The notes under the pieces are model-generated. The model did no database searches. It was given only the letters and a program-made list of their open reading frames with translations, and was not told the origin of the DNA. The translations under genes and the position numbers were made by a program. Shown here piece after piece: positions 1-9,543 of a stretch of DNA of 64,000 nt; positions within the stretch are counted from its first letter, which is position 1, and the number at the start of each line of letters is the position of its first letter. The stretch is from a virus (Duplodnaviria > Caudoviricetes): the IMG/VR virus record IMGVR_UViG_3300033463_000099, positions 5,878-69,877 of that record. One strand, given 5' to 3'.

Positions 1-206
1 TTCGGACGGTGACGGGGCTCGGCGAGGAACGGTACGCGGACGCTCCGGACAAGACCAATCCGTTCACGCATCCGCAGGACGGATTGCAGTACGGCGTCCT
101 CGGCGCGACGAAGGGCGATCTGAGCGTTGCGCTCGACATGCCGGGGAGCGTTGCCGTCGGCGGGATAATGGGGCTTGCGGTCGGAGAGGACCTCGGCTGC
201 GTCTAG
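1..206 (+). CDS. terL: Terminase large subunit, C-terminal fragment (5' end lies outside the window)
   Basis: Frame is open to the window edge. PDKTNPFTHPQDGLQYG resembles the C-terminal PDKN..SH..DALQY motif of TerL nuclease domains. It lies directly upstream of the portal. Confidence 0.75.
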   Translation, partial: RTVTGLGEERYADAPDKTNPFTHPQDGLQYGVLGATKGDLSVALDMPGSVAVGGIMGLAVGEDLGCV

Positions 207-277
207 CGGCGCGAAAGATTCCGTTTTGCGATTTTGCCGCATTTGCAAGGGTTTCGGGGCGAAAATGTCCAGCGGCG

Positions 278-305
278 TTGACCGTTTTTGATGAGTTTGT
301 ACATT
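278..305 (+). promoter_or_regulatory. Sigma70-like promoter upstream of the portal
   Basis: TTGACC (278-283), 16-nt spacer, TACATT (300-305) in an AT-richer intergenic gap. Confidence 0.4.
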
Positions 306-312
306 ATGGGAC

Positions 313-2511
313 GTGAACGCGACAATAGCAGAGATTTTCGGGGCGGCGCTCGACAAGGCGGCCGCCGCCGAACCTGCGGCGGAGGCGCAAGCGCCTGCGG
401 CCGGCGAGGTCGTGGTGCCGAGGGAAAGCCGCATGACCGACGTTCCGACGACGGAGCCGATGACGCGTCTTGCCAACCGCGTGATGACGAACTGGCGCAC
501 GAACGTGGACCATCGGCGCGAATCGCGCGTTGACGAGCGCTTGAAGCGTTCGCTTCTCGCCCAGACCTGCACCTACACGCCCGAGCAGAAGGAGAAGCTC
601 CGCAAGGCGGGCATCGGGGAGGAAATCTACTCGCCGATAACGAACACGAAGGTGCGGGCGGCGAAGGCGCTAATGATGGACATCTTCCAGGCGAACGGCG
701 ACTATCCGTTCACGCTGAGCCCGACGTCCGACCCCGACCTTCCCCAGCAGATACTGGACGAGGTGGACGTGGAGCTGAACATGGACTTCCAGAAGCTGTA
801 CGGGATGCTGGCGGGGCGCGGCGTCCAGTCCATGTCGCCGCAGGGCATGGCGCTCCTGGAGCGGTACGCGAGGGACTTCCGCGCGCGGCGCTTCGACGAG
901 ATACAGCACCGGAAGGAGGAGATCGCGAACGTCCGCGCCAAGCGGATGGAGAAGCGCGTCAAGGACTTCTTCGACGAGGGCGGCTTTGTCGATGCGTTCC
1001 AGCAGTACGTGGACTACATCTGCACCTACGGCACGGGACTGATTCGCGGTCCGATACCGCGCGTGGTGCCCGTGAACGTGTGCAAGACGGTCAAGGGCGT
1101 TCCGAGGTACGTGCGCGAGCTTCGCACCGTGCCGACCTACGAGGCGGTGAACCCGTGCGACTGCTACCCCGCGCCGGCGGCCAAGGACATCGAGGACGGG
1201 CCGCTCTGCATCCGCGTGAGGTATTCGTCCGGCGAGCTGAGCCAGTACGTCACCAAGGCGGAGAGCAAGCGGAAGCTGAGCGACAAGGCGAACGGGTGGA
1301 TATGGCCGGTGGTGCGCTCGCTCCTGGACAGGTACCCCGACGGCGGCTGCAAGCTGGACTCCGACCCGATAGACATGCAGCGGCGCGAGGCCGAGAAGGA
1401 CGGGAGCGACAATCCGCGCGACTGCATCATGGAGGGCGTGCTGTGCTACGACTCCGTGCGCGGCTCGGAGCTGCGGGAACTCGGCATCACGCGCAACCGG
1501 AACGGCAAGCCGATCGACTTCGACACGTTCTACGACGTTGAGACGATCGTCATGGGCGGGTACGTGGTCTATTGCCGGATTCTGGACGACCGGCTCGGGC
1601 GCCCCGTGGTGAAGGGAGTCTTCTACGAGCTTCCGGGCTCATGGTGGGGCGAGAGCGTGGCGGACAAGCTGACGCTCGTACAGTCCGTGATGAACAACTC
1701 GGTCAAGGCGCTCATGCGGAACATGGCCGCCGCGTCCGGGCCGATGTACTACATAAACGACCTTTCGAGGCTTGTTGACAGGGATGGCACCGGGTTGCAG
1801 GTACGCCCGCACAAGGTGTGGGGGTTCCAAACATCCATGTCGGCAAGCCTCGGCATGTCTTCTGGCGCGCCGATGGGCGTGATGGACGTGCCGTCCAAGG
1901 CGTCGGAGCTGCTTTCCGTGTGGGAGCGGATGAAGACGCAGGCGGACGACGATTCGGGCATACCGGCCTACACCTACGGGCAGGCGTCCGGCAACTCCGG
2001 CGCGATGCGCACGGCGCAGGGGCTTGCGATCTTCACGGAGGCCGCTTCGCGCGGCATGAAGATGGTCATCGGCACGACCGACAGGCTGGTGACGCGCAAG
2101 CTCGTCAAGAAGACCGTGGACTACATCCTGCTCTACGACCCCGACTTCGACATCAAGGGGGATTGCGAGGTGGTGCCGTCCGGCGTCATGGGCAAGATAC
2201 TCCGCGCCCAGCAGGACCAGCAGCGCATCCAGTTCATACAGCTCATCCAGCGCGACCAGGACTTCAAGCAGCTTCTCGGGCCGAAGGGCTGGATGGCCCT
2301 TCTGCGTCCGTCCATCGCAGACCTCGCGCTCAACCCCGACGACATACTGCCCGGCGCGGAGCGCGTCAGGGAGCTTGAGCAGATTCAGCTTGTGCAGGCC
2401 ATGGCCGCCGCGCAGCAGGGGCTGGCGCAGAACGGCGGAGGCGGGCCGGCCGAGGAAGAGGCGCAGCCGGCGGCGCCCGGAAGCGTGGCCGAAAGGAGGA
2501 ACGCGGCGTGA
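313..2511 (+). CDS. Portal protein
   Basis: 732 aa between TerL and the scaffold/capsid genes. DDSGIPAYTYG...RTAQGLAIFTEAASRGMK matches podovirus-type portal motifs. Start uncertain (GTG 313 or a later ATG). Confidence 0.85.
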   Translation: MNATIAEIFGAALDKAAAAEPAAEAQAPAAGEVVVPRESRMTDVPTTEPMTRLANRVMTNWRTNVDHRRESRVDERLKRSLLAQTCTYTPEQKEKLRKAGIGEEIYSPITNTKVRAAKALMMDIFQANGDYPFTLSPTSDPDLPQQILDEVDVELNMDFQKLYGMLAGRGVQSMSPQGMALLERYARDFRARRFDEIQHRKEEIANVRAKRMEKRVKDFFDEGGFVDAFQQYVDYICTYGTGLIRGPIPRVVPVNVCKTVKGVPRYVRELRTVPTYEAVNPCDCYPAPAAKDIEDGPLCIRVRYSSGELSQYVTKAESKRKLSDKANGWIWPVVRSLLDRYPDGGCKLDSDPIDMQRREAEKDGSDNPRDCIMEGVLCYDSVRGSELRELGITRNRNGKPIDFDTFYDVETIVMGGYVVYCRILDDRLGRPVVKGVFYELPGSWWGESVADKLTLVQSVMNNSVKALMRNMAAASGPMYYINDLSRLVDRDGTGLQVRPHKVWGFQTSMSASLGMSSGAPMGVMDVPSKASELLSVWERMKTQADDDSGIPAYTYGQASGNSGAMRTAQGLAIFTEAASRGMKMVIGTTDRLVTRKLVKKTVDYILLYDPDFDIKGDCEVVPSGVMGKILRAQQDQQRIQFIQLIQRDQDFKQLLGPKGWMALLRPSIADLALNPDDILPGAERVRELEQIQLVQAMAAAQQGLAQNGGGGPAEEEAQPAAPGSVAERRNAA

Positions 2512-2807
2512 ACGGCGGAACGGCAGAGGTGGAGAAGGAGATCAGGGAGTGCATGACGGAGGTGTTCGACTCCCTGATCAAGGTTGACAAGGCGCATGAG
2601 TTCATCTACGCCATGCAGAAGCGCGCCGAGCTGACCACGCGCGCATACGCTTCCACGCCGGTCGAGAACCGCGACATGGCTATGGGTCAGATTTCGATTT
2701 GCTACGAACTGGCGGACGGAGCGAAGTCCGCTCTGGAGGCCGCGATCTCCGAAGCCAAGGAGAAAGAGGCCGCAAAGATTCGGAAGGAGGCCGCCGCCAC
2801 GCAGTAG
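2508..2807 (+). CDS. Hypothetical head-module protein
   Basis: 99 aa, GTGA overlap with the portal stop, phage-like codon usage. Confidence 0.7.
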   Translation: MNGGTAEVEKEIRECMTEVFDSLIKVDKAHEFIYAMQKRAELTTRAYASTPVENRDMAMGQISICYELADGAKSALEAAISEAKEKEAAKIRKEAAATQ

Positions 2808-2899
2808 CGAAGCACCGCCGACGGATTCCCCGGGTGGGGCTCTGGACGGCAACACCAACTCCCGGCTGGCACCGGGCTTGATGAGGAAAGACAACGAAA

Positions 2900-3727
2900 A
2901 TGAACACAGAGACAAAGGAAACGATGGAAGCGCTGGGCGTCAAGCCCGGTGCGAAGGTAGGTGGCGGTGGAGCCGGCAACGGCGAGATCGACTACAAGGC
3001 GGAGTGCGAGCGTCTCAAGCATGAGCTTGAGGTGACGCGCATCGAAGAGGGACGCGTCAGCAAGCTTGACGCCGAACTCAAGGCAAAGGAAGCTCGGATT
3101 GCCGAACTTGAGAAGGCCGCGGCCCTCGGCTCGCTGCCGGAAGAACTCAGGGAAGGCGTGCCCGACCAGATGAAGGAGGCGGCCATCCTTCTGTCCAAGG
3201 GCATCGTCGATAAGGCGGTGCAGCAGCAGAACGAGAGAATCGCCGAACTGGAGCGTCAGCAGCGCGAAGCGCAGGAGCAGAGTCAGCATCGCCAGCAGGA
3301 GATGGTTGACGCGTTCCTCGCCAAGCTCAACAGCGACTATCCGGCATTCATGAAGGGCATAAGGGCCGGCGGCGCGTTCAACGCCGCGTGGCTTGAGTAC
3401 CAGGAGAACAACGCCGAATCCATCAACGCTGCGGTGAACAGCTGCAACGTCAAGAAGATGGAGTACCACATCAAGACCTTCTGTGAGAAGTACGATGTCG
3501 ATCCTTCGGGAGGTCGGGACCCGAACGCCACGCCCGACCCCCGCGCACTCGGTGGCGGTGCCCCGAGGCAGGAACCGGGAACGAAGAAGATTTACACGCC
3601 CGAGGAATACCAGACCTTGACCGAAAAGGCAAGGCGGCTCCGCGACGAGTACCGCTTCGACGAGTACCGGAAGCTGTCGAGGGAACTTGACGAAGCCTGG
3701 ACGGAGGGCCGCGTGAAAAGCTCATAG
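2900..3727 (+). CDS. Capsid scaffolding protein
   Basis: Charged coiled-coil protein of 275 aa immediately before the MCP, ending in a typical ...EAWTEGRV tail; RBS present. Confidence 0.7.
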   Translation: MNTETKETMEALGVKPGAKVGGGGAGNGEIDYKAECERLKHELEVTRIEEGRVSKLDAELKAKEARIAELEKAAALGSLPEELREGVPDQMKEAAILLSKGIVDKAVQQQNERIAELERQQREAQEQSQHRQQEMVDAFLAKLNSDYPAFMKGIRAGGAFNAAWLEYQENNAESINAAVNSCNVKKMEYHIKTFCEKYDVDPSGGRDPNATPDPRALGGGAPRQEPGTKKIYTPEEYQTLTEKARRLRDEYRFDEYRKLSRELDEAWTEGRVKSS

Positions 3728-3775
3728 CGGTACATCGCCTCCGGGACGGGCGCAAAAAACGAAAGGAATCCAACA

Positions 3776-4798
3776 ATGGACCTCTACGGCGGAGCAGCGC
3801 GGAATTTCCCGTCCACGCAGCATATCCAATTCGCGGGAAAGTTCAAGGACAAGTGGTGGGACGCCTCCATCCTCCAGTTCATCACGAACCAGGACTGGAA
3901 AGGCACCTTCCACAAGAAGGGCACGGAGATTCGAGTCCCGATCCGTCCCACGGTGAACATCCATGACACGGTACCCGGCGGTGGCATCATCTACCAGAAG
4001 CCGAAGGGCCGCGACGAGATCTTCACCATCGGTCGCGAGTCGTACTGGGCTCTTGAGTTCCTCCCGGAGGACATCGAGTTCTCCGCGATCGACATCAAGA
4101 ACCCGCTCATCCAGGACGCCGCCAACCAGATGGCGGAATGGATTGAGATGAAGTTCGGCGCGGACATCATCAACAAGGTTCACCCGGACAACACGGGCAA
4201 CACGGCCGGCCGCCGCTCCCACGGCTACCAGCTGGGCGCCCCTGGCTCCACCGGCTCGTCCACGGCGACGCGTCCGAACGCGATCAAGCTGTTCAAGACG
4301 CAGGCGCAGTGCGACGCCGATTCCGGCACGACCTACAAGGAGGTCGGACCCGATTTCGTGTACCACTGCTTCTCCTGCATGAAGGAGCAGAAGGGCGCGA
4401 AGGGACGCGAGTTCTTCATGGTGATTCCCACCATCATGGCGGACCGCATCCAGTGCTCCGAGCTCAAGATGGCCGGCTGGATGAACGAGGCCAACTCGTC
4501 GCTCCGCAAGGACGTGTCGGCGATCGGCTCGTTCAACGGGAACGGGAACAACATCTACGTTGACGACACCATGCTGCCGATCTTCACGGAGAGCTACGGC
4601 ACGGGCACGGTGAACGTCTATCCGGTGCTGTTCGGCGCGAAGATCGCCACGACCTTTGCGCAGGAAGTCGTGTGGCGCGACTCGAACCTCAAGGACGTGA
4701 CGTCCTGGGACGAGTTCCACAGGTGCAAGACGGTGTACGACTGGATGCTTCGGTATCGCCAGTTCATCGGGTGCGCCTACGTGTACATGGCTGCGTAA
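3776..4798 (+). CDS. Major capsid protein (HK97 fold, P22/N4-coat-like)
   Basis: 340 aa. FAGKFKDKWWDASILQFITNQDWKGTFHKKGTEIRVPIRPTVNIHD resembles the ITNTDYEGEI..GDTV.I..P.I.I.DY coat motif. Strong codon bias, AAGGA RBS. Confidence 0.85.
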   Translation: MDLYGGAARNFPSTQHIQFAGKFKDKWWDASILQFITNQDWKGTFHKKGTEIRVPIRPTVNIHDTVPGGGIIYQKPKGRDEIFTIGRESYWALEFLPEDIEFSAIDIKNPLIQDAANQMAEWIEMKFGADIINKVHPDNTGNTAGRRSHGYQLGAPGSTGSSTATRPNAIKLFKTQAQCDADSGTTYKEVGPDFVYHCFSCMKEQKGAKGREFFMVIPTIMADRIQCSELKMAGWMNEANSSLRKDVSAIGSFNGNGNNIYVDDTMLPIFTESYGTGTVNVYPVLFGAKIATTFAQEVVWRDSNLKDVTSWDEFHRCKTVYDWMLRYRQFIGCAYVYMAA

Positions 4799-4807
4799 GT
4801 TCAAAGC

Positions 4808-4836
4808 GGCGCGGCGGCGCCCCCCGCCGTCGCGCC
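4808..4836. other. GC-rich 12-bp hairpin after the MCP stop (no U-tract)
   Basis: GGCGCGGCGGCG-ccccc-CGCCGTCGCGCC with one G-U pair. Confidence 0.55.
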
Positions 4837-4870
4837 CATTACGAGACAAAACAAGAAAGGTTAAACTACA

Positions 4871-5488
4871 ATGTCTGCACTTACAATCAACTCGACGGCC
4901 TCTTCCGGTCCAACCGGAGTCGCCGCCCCCGCTTACAGCGACCCTGGCGCGTCCATGCCGCTGGTCAAGCTCTGCCGAGAGATCGACTTCTCGAAGCAGT
5001 CCTTCGCGGAGAACAAGAACTACGCGTTCATGCCCATCCCGAAGGGTTTTCTCGTCACGTTCATCGCGCTCGACCAGCTTGAGCCGACGAACGCCGACGT
5101 GACGGTGACGTTCGCCACTAAGAACGACCCGACAACCGCCATCGGCGGCGACTTCGCCCTGAAGGACCTGTCCGGCGAGACGGCGCTTTGCCGCTCCGTC
5201 CAGCCTGCGACCAAGAGCGCGGCCTACGCTGCGTCCTCCAGCGCGGGTTCGCCCACCACGGCAATCGCCATCCCCGGCACGTACCTCGCGGGCGCCGACG
5301 ATACGCTGTGCATCAAGGTCCCCGACGACGTGACTGGCGATGCCATCAGCGCCGGCAAGATTCGCGTCGCGCTGCTCGGCTACATGGTGTTTGACGAGTC
5401 CGCCGAGTTCGGCAACGGCTCCGCGCCCATGCGCGTCGGCACGTCGTCCGGCCTGGACAACACGGCGAGCGCCGACTACGACGACTAA
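4871..5488 (+). CDS. Putative capsid decoration/cement protein
   Basis: 205 aa, beta-rich, directly after the MCP, highly biased codons. Function inferred from position. Confidence 0.55.
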   Translation: MSALTINSTASSGPTGVAAPAYSDPGASMPLVKLCREIDFSKQSFAENKNYAFMPIPKGFLVTFIALDQLEPTNADVTVTFATKNDPTTAIGGDFALKDLSGETALCRSVQPATKSAAYAASSSAGSPTTAIAIPGTYLAGADDTLCIKVPDDVTGDAISAGKIRVALLGYMVFDESAEFGNGSAPMRVGTSSGLDNTASADYDD

Positions 5489-5508
5489 GGCGTTGTAGGC
5501 GGAAACAC

Positions 5509-5538
5509 GGCTCCGCCGTCATTCGTGGCGGCGGAGTC
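5509..5538 (+). other. 13-bp hairpin with UUCG loop after the decoration gene
   Basis: GGCTCCGCCGTCA-TTCG-TGGCGGCGGAGTC; no U-tract. Confidence 0.6.
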
Positions 5539-5570
5539 GCAACCCCCAACAAAACGAAAAGGACAAGACT

Positions 5571-6128
5571 ATGCCAGCAAAGTACGCGATCAACCTCAAG
5601 GACGGAACCATCGTCTATCGCTCCAAGGCGACGGACGCCATGCCCGTTCTCTTCCGCTGGATTCCGGACGAAGTTGCGAAGGGAATCATGGAGAAGCGGA
5701 TAGACCCGAAGGATGTGACGAACATCATCATGAAGAAGGTCTTTTCGTCGGAGAACTTCGACCACAGCGAATACGAAGCCGAGATGAAAAAGCTCAACGT
5801 CGTGTTCAAGGAGGAGGAAGTCCCGGAACCGGAAGAGGTTGTGGACACCACCACCGACAACATCGCGGACAGCGTTTCGATGGAAGAGCTTGCAGGTGCC
5901 GGCGCAGCGCCAGCGCCCGCGCAGGCTTCCGAAGACACGCCGACGCCTCCCCCGCCCGCCGACACGCCTGCGCCTCGCGGCGCGAAGGGCAACGGCAAGC
6001 CTACGCAGCGGCGCAACGCCTCCGGCAAGACGAAAACCTCTACCGAGGAACCGCCTGCCGAGCAGGAACAGCCCGCCGACGAGCAGCAGGGTGGCGATGA
6101 AGGCCATGAGGACCTTGACGACCTGTAA
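5571..6128 (+). CDS. Hypothetical protein with an acidic/Pro-rich disordered C-terminus
   Basis: 185-aa ORF with AAGGA RBS inside the structural operon. Confidence 0.7.
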   Translation: MPAKYAINLKDGTIVYRSKATDAMPVLFRWIPDEVAKGIMEKRIDPKDVTNIIMKKVFSSENFDHSEYEAEMKKLNVVFKEEEVPEPEEVVDTTTDNIADSVSMEELAGAGAAPAPAQASEDTPTPPPPADTPAPRGAKGNGKPTQRRNASGKTKTSTEEPPAEQEQPADEQQGGDEGHEDLDDL

Positions 6129-6137
6129 GGTGCTGTG

Positions 6138-6785
6138 ATGGCGAATTCATTTGAGACAGAACGCGAAACGCCCGAGTACGCCTCGATAGCGGAACTCGCG
6201 TCCAATCTCGTCTATAGGCTTCCGGGGTGCGCGGACGAAATGGTGCGCCGCGCGCTCCGGGACGCCTACGGAGACTTCTGCCGTCTGGCGAACGCCCTTG
6301 TGACGGAGCGCGTCATGCGCCTCTCCGTGGGCGAAAGCATCTATCCGATAACGCCCTTGACGCCCGACTGCACCATTACGAGCATCAGCGCGGTGTGGCA
6401 CAAGAGCATGAAGCTGAAAGAGCGGTGCGACTACACCGTGATCGTCGGGATGCCGCCGAGCATAAAGCTTCGCCGCTCCTACATTCCCGATGACGCGGAA
6501 GAGGAAGCGGACTGCTTCATAAGGGTTGTCTGCATCGAGCAGCCGAAGTCCGGCAGCGAACGCGCCCCACGGTGGTTCCTCCAGAAGTACGGCGACGCGA
6601 TCTGCGCCGGTGCGCTCGTCAAGCTGTTCGGCATGACTGGCCGCGCGTGGTCCGACGTCCAGCAGATGCGGATGGAGCTAGTAAGGTGGGACAACGCCGT
6701 GTCCGGCACGCGGATGGCCGGCATGAGCGGTTCCGCGTTCGGGAACGGGAACATAGACGCCGTTGACACAAGCGAACTTCTGTGA
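6138..6785 (+). CDS. Head-tail adaptor/connector protein
   Basis: LPGCADEMVRRALRDAYGDFC resembles the PGCP...I..A.R.A..EFC motif of podovirus adaptor proteins. Confidence 0.6.
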   Translation: MANSFETERETPEYASIAELASNLVYRLPGCADEMVRRALRDAYGDFCRLANALVTERVMRLSVGESIYPITPLTPDCTITSISAVWHKSMKLKERCDYTVIVGMPPSIKLRRSYIPDDAEEEADCFIRVVCIEQPKSGSERAPRWFLQKYGDAICAGALVKLFGMTGRAWSDVQQMRMELVRWDNAVSGTRMAGMSGSAFGNGNIDAVDTSELL

Positions 6786-6793
6786 GGTGCGAC

Positions 6794-8923
6794 ATGACTG
6801 CGCTGAACATCACTCCGAAAATTAGCACGAAGGAAGCGCGGTTCAGGGGAACCGTCGCCGCCGGCGAGCGCGTTGCCGTCACGATATCGGGCGGCGCCGA
6901 CTGGTCGGACACGGGGCTGAAACTGCGCGTCATCAACCATCGCGGCAATACGCTGGCCGTGTTCCCCGCGCCAGGAACGGATGACGCATGGGTTGTTTCC
7001 GGCGAAGACCTCACCTGCTCGTTGAACCTCAACACGGTTCAGATGCTGGACGCCGTGCCGCCTCGCGCGATCATTCCGTTCAGATTCGTTCTGGCGAATG
7101 CCGACAGCGACACGCTCTACTTCAACGACGAATGCAGCGTTGTCCACTGGCCGCAGGAAGAGGGCGACGAGGTGCCTTACGACCTGAACGAATGGCCGGG
7201 GCTCATAGAAGAATGGACGGCGCAGCTGGCGTCGATGTCCGAAGACCTGGAGGCGCACAAGGCGGACACCGATACGCACGTCACCGAACAGGACCGCGCG
7301 TTGTGGAACGGCAAGGCCGACAACGCCGATCTTCTCGCGCTCGCCCACAGGGTCGATGCGCTTGCACCGCTTTCCAGCACGCTTGCTGGACAGACGATAA
7401 ACACCAACACGCAAAATGCCATGAGAAACGCACTACGAATCATCGGTGCCGCACTTGGCGCGACCATGCGCATTGCGGCGATCTGCTTCCTACTTCCCAG
7501 CTTCGGCGCGTCAGTCAGCCTGGCGCCGCTTGGCGACCTCGATCTTGACACGAACCCGATGGTCGTGACGAACGTGGACTTCTCGGGATTGGATGTGACG
7601 GAATCCGACCCGGAATTCAGCAGCTTCACCAACTCCGGCGGAATCATGTATGGGCCGCTCAAACTGTGGAACAGTCTTGGCGGCGGCTACGACATGTCCA
7701 CCGTCATATCGTCAAACGGCGTGTCCTTCTGGAAGTTCATGCCGGCTCCCGGCGGCGGCGGCGTATGGGCGAGTGGGAGTTTCGGATGGGCCGATCTCCT
7801 TACGAGCGAGAGCGACCCAACGGTGCCGTCATGGGCAAAGGCGTCGAGCAAGCCGTCATATAACGCTTCGGAAGTAGGTGCGCTCCCGTCTTCGACTACG
7901 CACGTCTCTGGCGATGTTCCCACTACGCGCAAGGTGAACAACAAGGCGTTGTCCGCCGACATCACGCTTTCCGCGTCCGACGTGAACGCCTATCCTTCCG
8001 AGGACGGAACAGCCCTTGAGAACATAGTGAACGCCTGGGAAGGATATTGGGGCGGCACAAACGTGGTGTTCGAGGTCACGAACTACTACAATTCCACAAG
8101 CGGCGAACTTCCCCGCCTGCGCATCCGAGAGTTCCGCGACGGCGGATGGACGAACGTATGGGACGAGGTGGACAAGTTCCGCGTGTGCGAAAGCAACCTT
8201 CTCGGCGCCGTGTCGAAGTCGAACGAGACGATGCGCACGGAGCTGAAACAGGAATTCGCGCCAAGGGCGTGGGGGGCGTACACCGACAAGGGAACCACAA
8301 ACGTTGTCGGAAACTCCGTCTGGATGACCGCTCCTGAAACCTACTTCGCTGGAGGCACGGAATATCAGCGCGTGGCCGTCGGCGCGGGCGCGATCTGCGT
8401 ACTCGTTGACAACGGCGCGGGAACCTACACGACAGGCGAGGCCGGCACGTTCAGATTCCAGGACGAGGGCGGCACAAACTTCTTTGGATTCGCCAAGAGC
8501 GATTCGTACACGATCGGATGCCGCACGGACGGTATCGTTGTGGACGGCACATTGGTGACGCTCCGCTACGACGTGATCATGGGTGGAACGGATGTTCCCG
8601 TGGTGTACTGGCGTGAAACTCTTTCCTCCGGCGATTGGACGCGGCTCAACAACGCCGACGGCACCGAGGCCGCAGGCGCACCGTACACCGTGACGTGGTA
8701 CACAAGCGGCGGCTCGTACTACGCGGCCATCAACTGCGGGTCGAACGCAAGCGGATTCTTCAAGGCCGAAACGAGCGTGGCGGGCGATGTGGTTTTTGAA
8801 ACCAACATGAAGCTGCGCATCGGCGGCGGCATCGAGTGCCTAAACACGTCAAGCGGCGTGATGGGCGTAATCAAGCCTACCTACAACGGGTCGGCAGTCA
8901 CATGGAGCTGGAGTGCAAGGTAA
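6794..8923 (+). CDS. Tail fibre-like protein
   Basis: Contains the fibre repeats WAKASSKPSYNASEVGALP and TTRKVNNKALSADITLSASDVNA; about 709 aa from ATG 6794. Confidence 0.65.
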   Translation: MTALNITPKISTKEARFRGTVAAGERVAVTISGGADWSDTGLKLRVINHRGNTLAVFPAPGTDDAWVVSGEDLTCSLNLNTVQMLDAVPPRAIIPFRFVLANADSDTLYFNDECSVVHWPQEEGDEVPYDLNEWPGLIEEWTAQLASMSEDLEAHKADTDTHVTEQDRALWNGKADNADLLALAHRVDALAPLSSTLAGQTINTNTQNAMRNALRIIGAALGATMRIAAICFLLPSFGASVSLAPLGDLDLDTNPMVVTNVDFSGLDVTESDPEFSSFTNSGGIMYGPLKLWNSLGGGYDMSTVISSNGVSFWKFMPAPGGGGVWASGSFGWADLLTSESDPTVPSWAKASSKPSYNASEVGALPSSTTHVSGDVPTTRKVNNKALSADITLSASDVNAYPSEDGTALENIVNAWEGYWGGTNVVFEVTNYYNSTSGELPRLRIREFRDGGWTNVWDEVDKFRVCESNLLGAVSKSNETMRTELKQEFAPRAWGAYTDKGTTNVVGNSVWMTAPETYFAGGTEYQRVAVGAGAICVLVDNGAGTYTTGEAGTFRFQDEGGTNFFGFAKSDSYTIGCRTDGIVVDGTLVTLRYDVIMGGTDVPVVYWRETLSSGDWTRLNNADGTEAAGAPYTVTWYTSGGSYYAAINCGSNASGFFKAETSVAGDVVFETNMKLRIGGGIECLNTSSGVMGVIKPTYNGSAVTWSWSAR

Positions 8924-9543
8924 TGATCGAGATCGTGGCAGATATCCAGCGTGTTCTCATGCTGGGGTGCCTCATTGGGCTGTCAGTCTGCCTGTTCGCG
9001 CTGGCGGTTGCGCGTGTGCTGCCTGGCGTGACGGACGCGGTGCGCCGTCTGTTCGGCTGCATGAGCAACTTCGGCAAGGTCGTGTGCGGCATCTGCATCC
9101 TTGGCGCCGTGATGTACGGCGGGAGCAAGGGCGTGAACGTGAGATGGGACGATGGCCTGCGGGACAACGGAACGCTGATCACGAACGACACGGTGCAGGT
9201 GCGGTGGACATATACCGGCATTCCTGGTGCGTCGTCCGTGTTCATCGACTACCGCGAAGCGGGCACGACGAACGAATGGATGAACCTCGGCGAATCTCTT
9301 GCGTCTGCTCTTTCGTGGGACGGCACGTTGGAGAACGCCACGAACTACGACTATTGGGTGTATTCGACCTACATTCCCCCGGTGCCGGTCTATACGAACG
9401 GCATCTGGCTCGGGCAGGCATACGAGACGAAGGCGCGTGTCGGGTCGAAATCCTTTCTCATCTTGAATGGCAAGGTACAGGAACACGGACGGACGATTGC
9501 GACGCCGGCCGCCAAACGCAAGGAGGAAGAAGACAATGAATGA
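8923..9543 (+). CDS. Membrane-anchored/secreted protein (two N-terminal hydrophobic segments ending in YGGSK, then a beta-rich domain)
   Basis: TAATG coupling to the fibre gene; hydrophobic N-terminus. Confidence 0.7.
   Translation: MIEIVADIQRVLMLGCLIGLSVCLFALAVARVLPGVTDAVRRLFGCMSNFGKVVCGICILGAVMYGGSKGVNVRWDDGLRDNGTLITNDTVQVRWTYTGIPGASSVFIDYREAGTTNEWMNLGESLASALSWDGTLENATNYDYWVYSTYIPPVPVYTNGIWLGQAYETKARVGSKSFLILNGKVQEHGRTIATPAAKRKEEEDNE

Noticed and set aside
2870-2899. Hammerhead-like TTGATGAG-GAAA
   Set aside because: There is no stem II between the core elements; it is better explained as the RBS of the scaffold gene.
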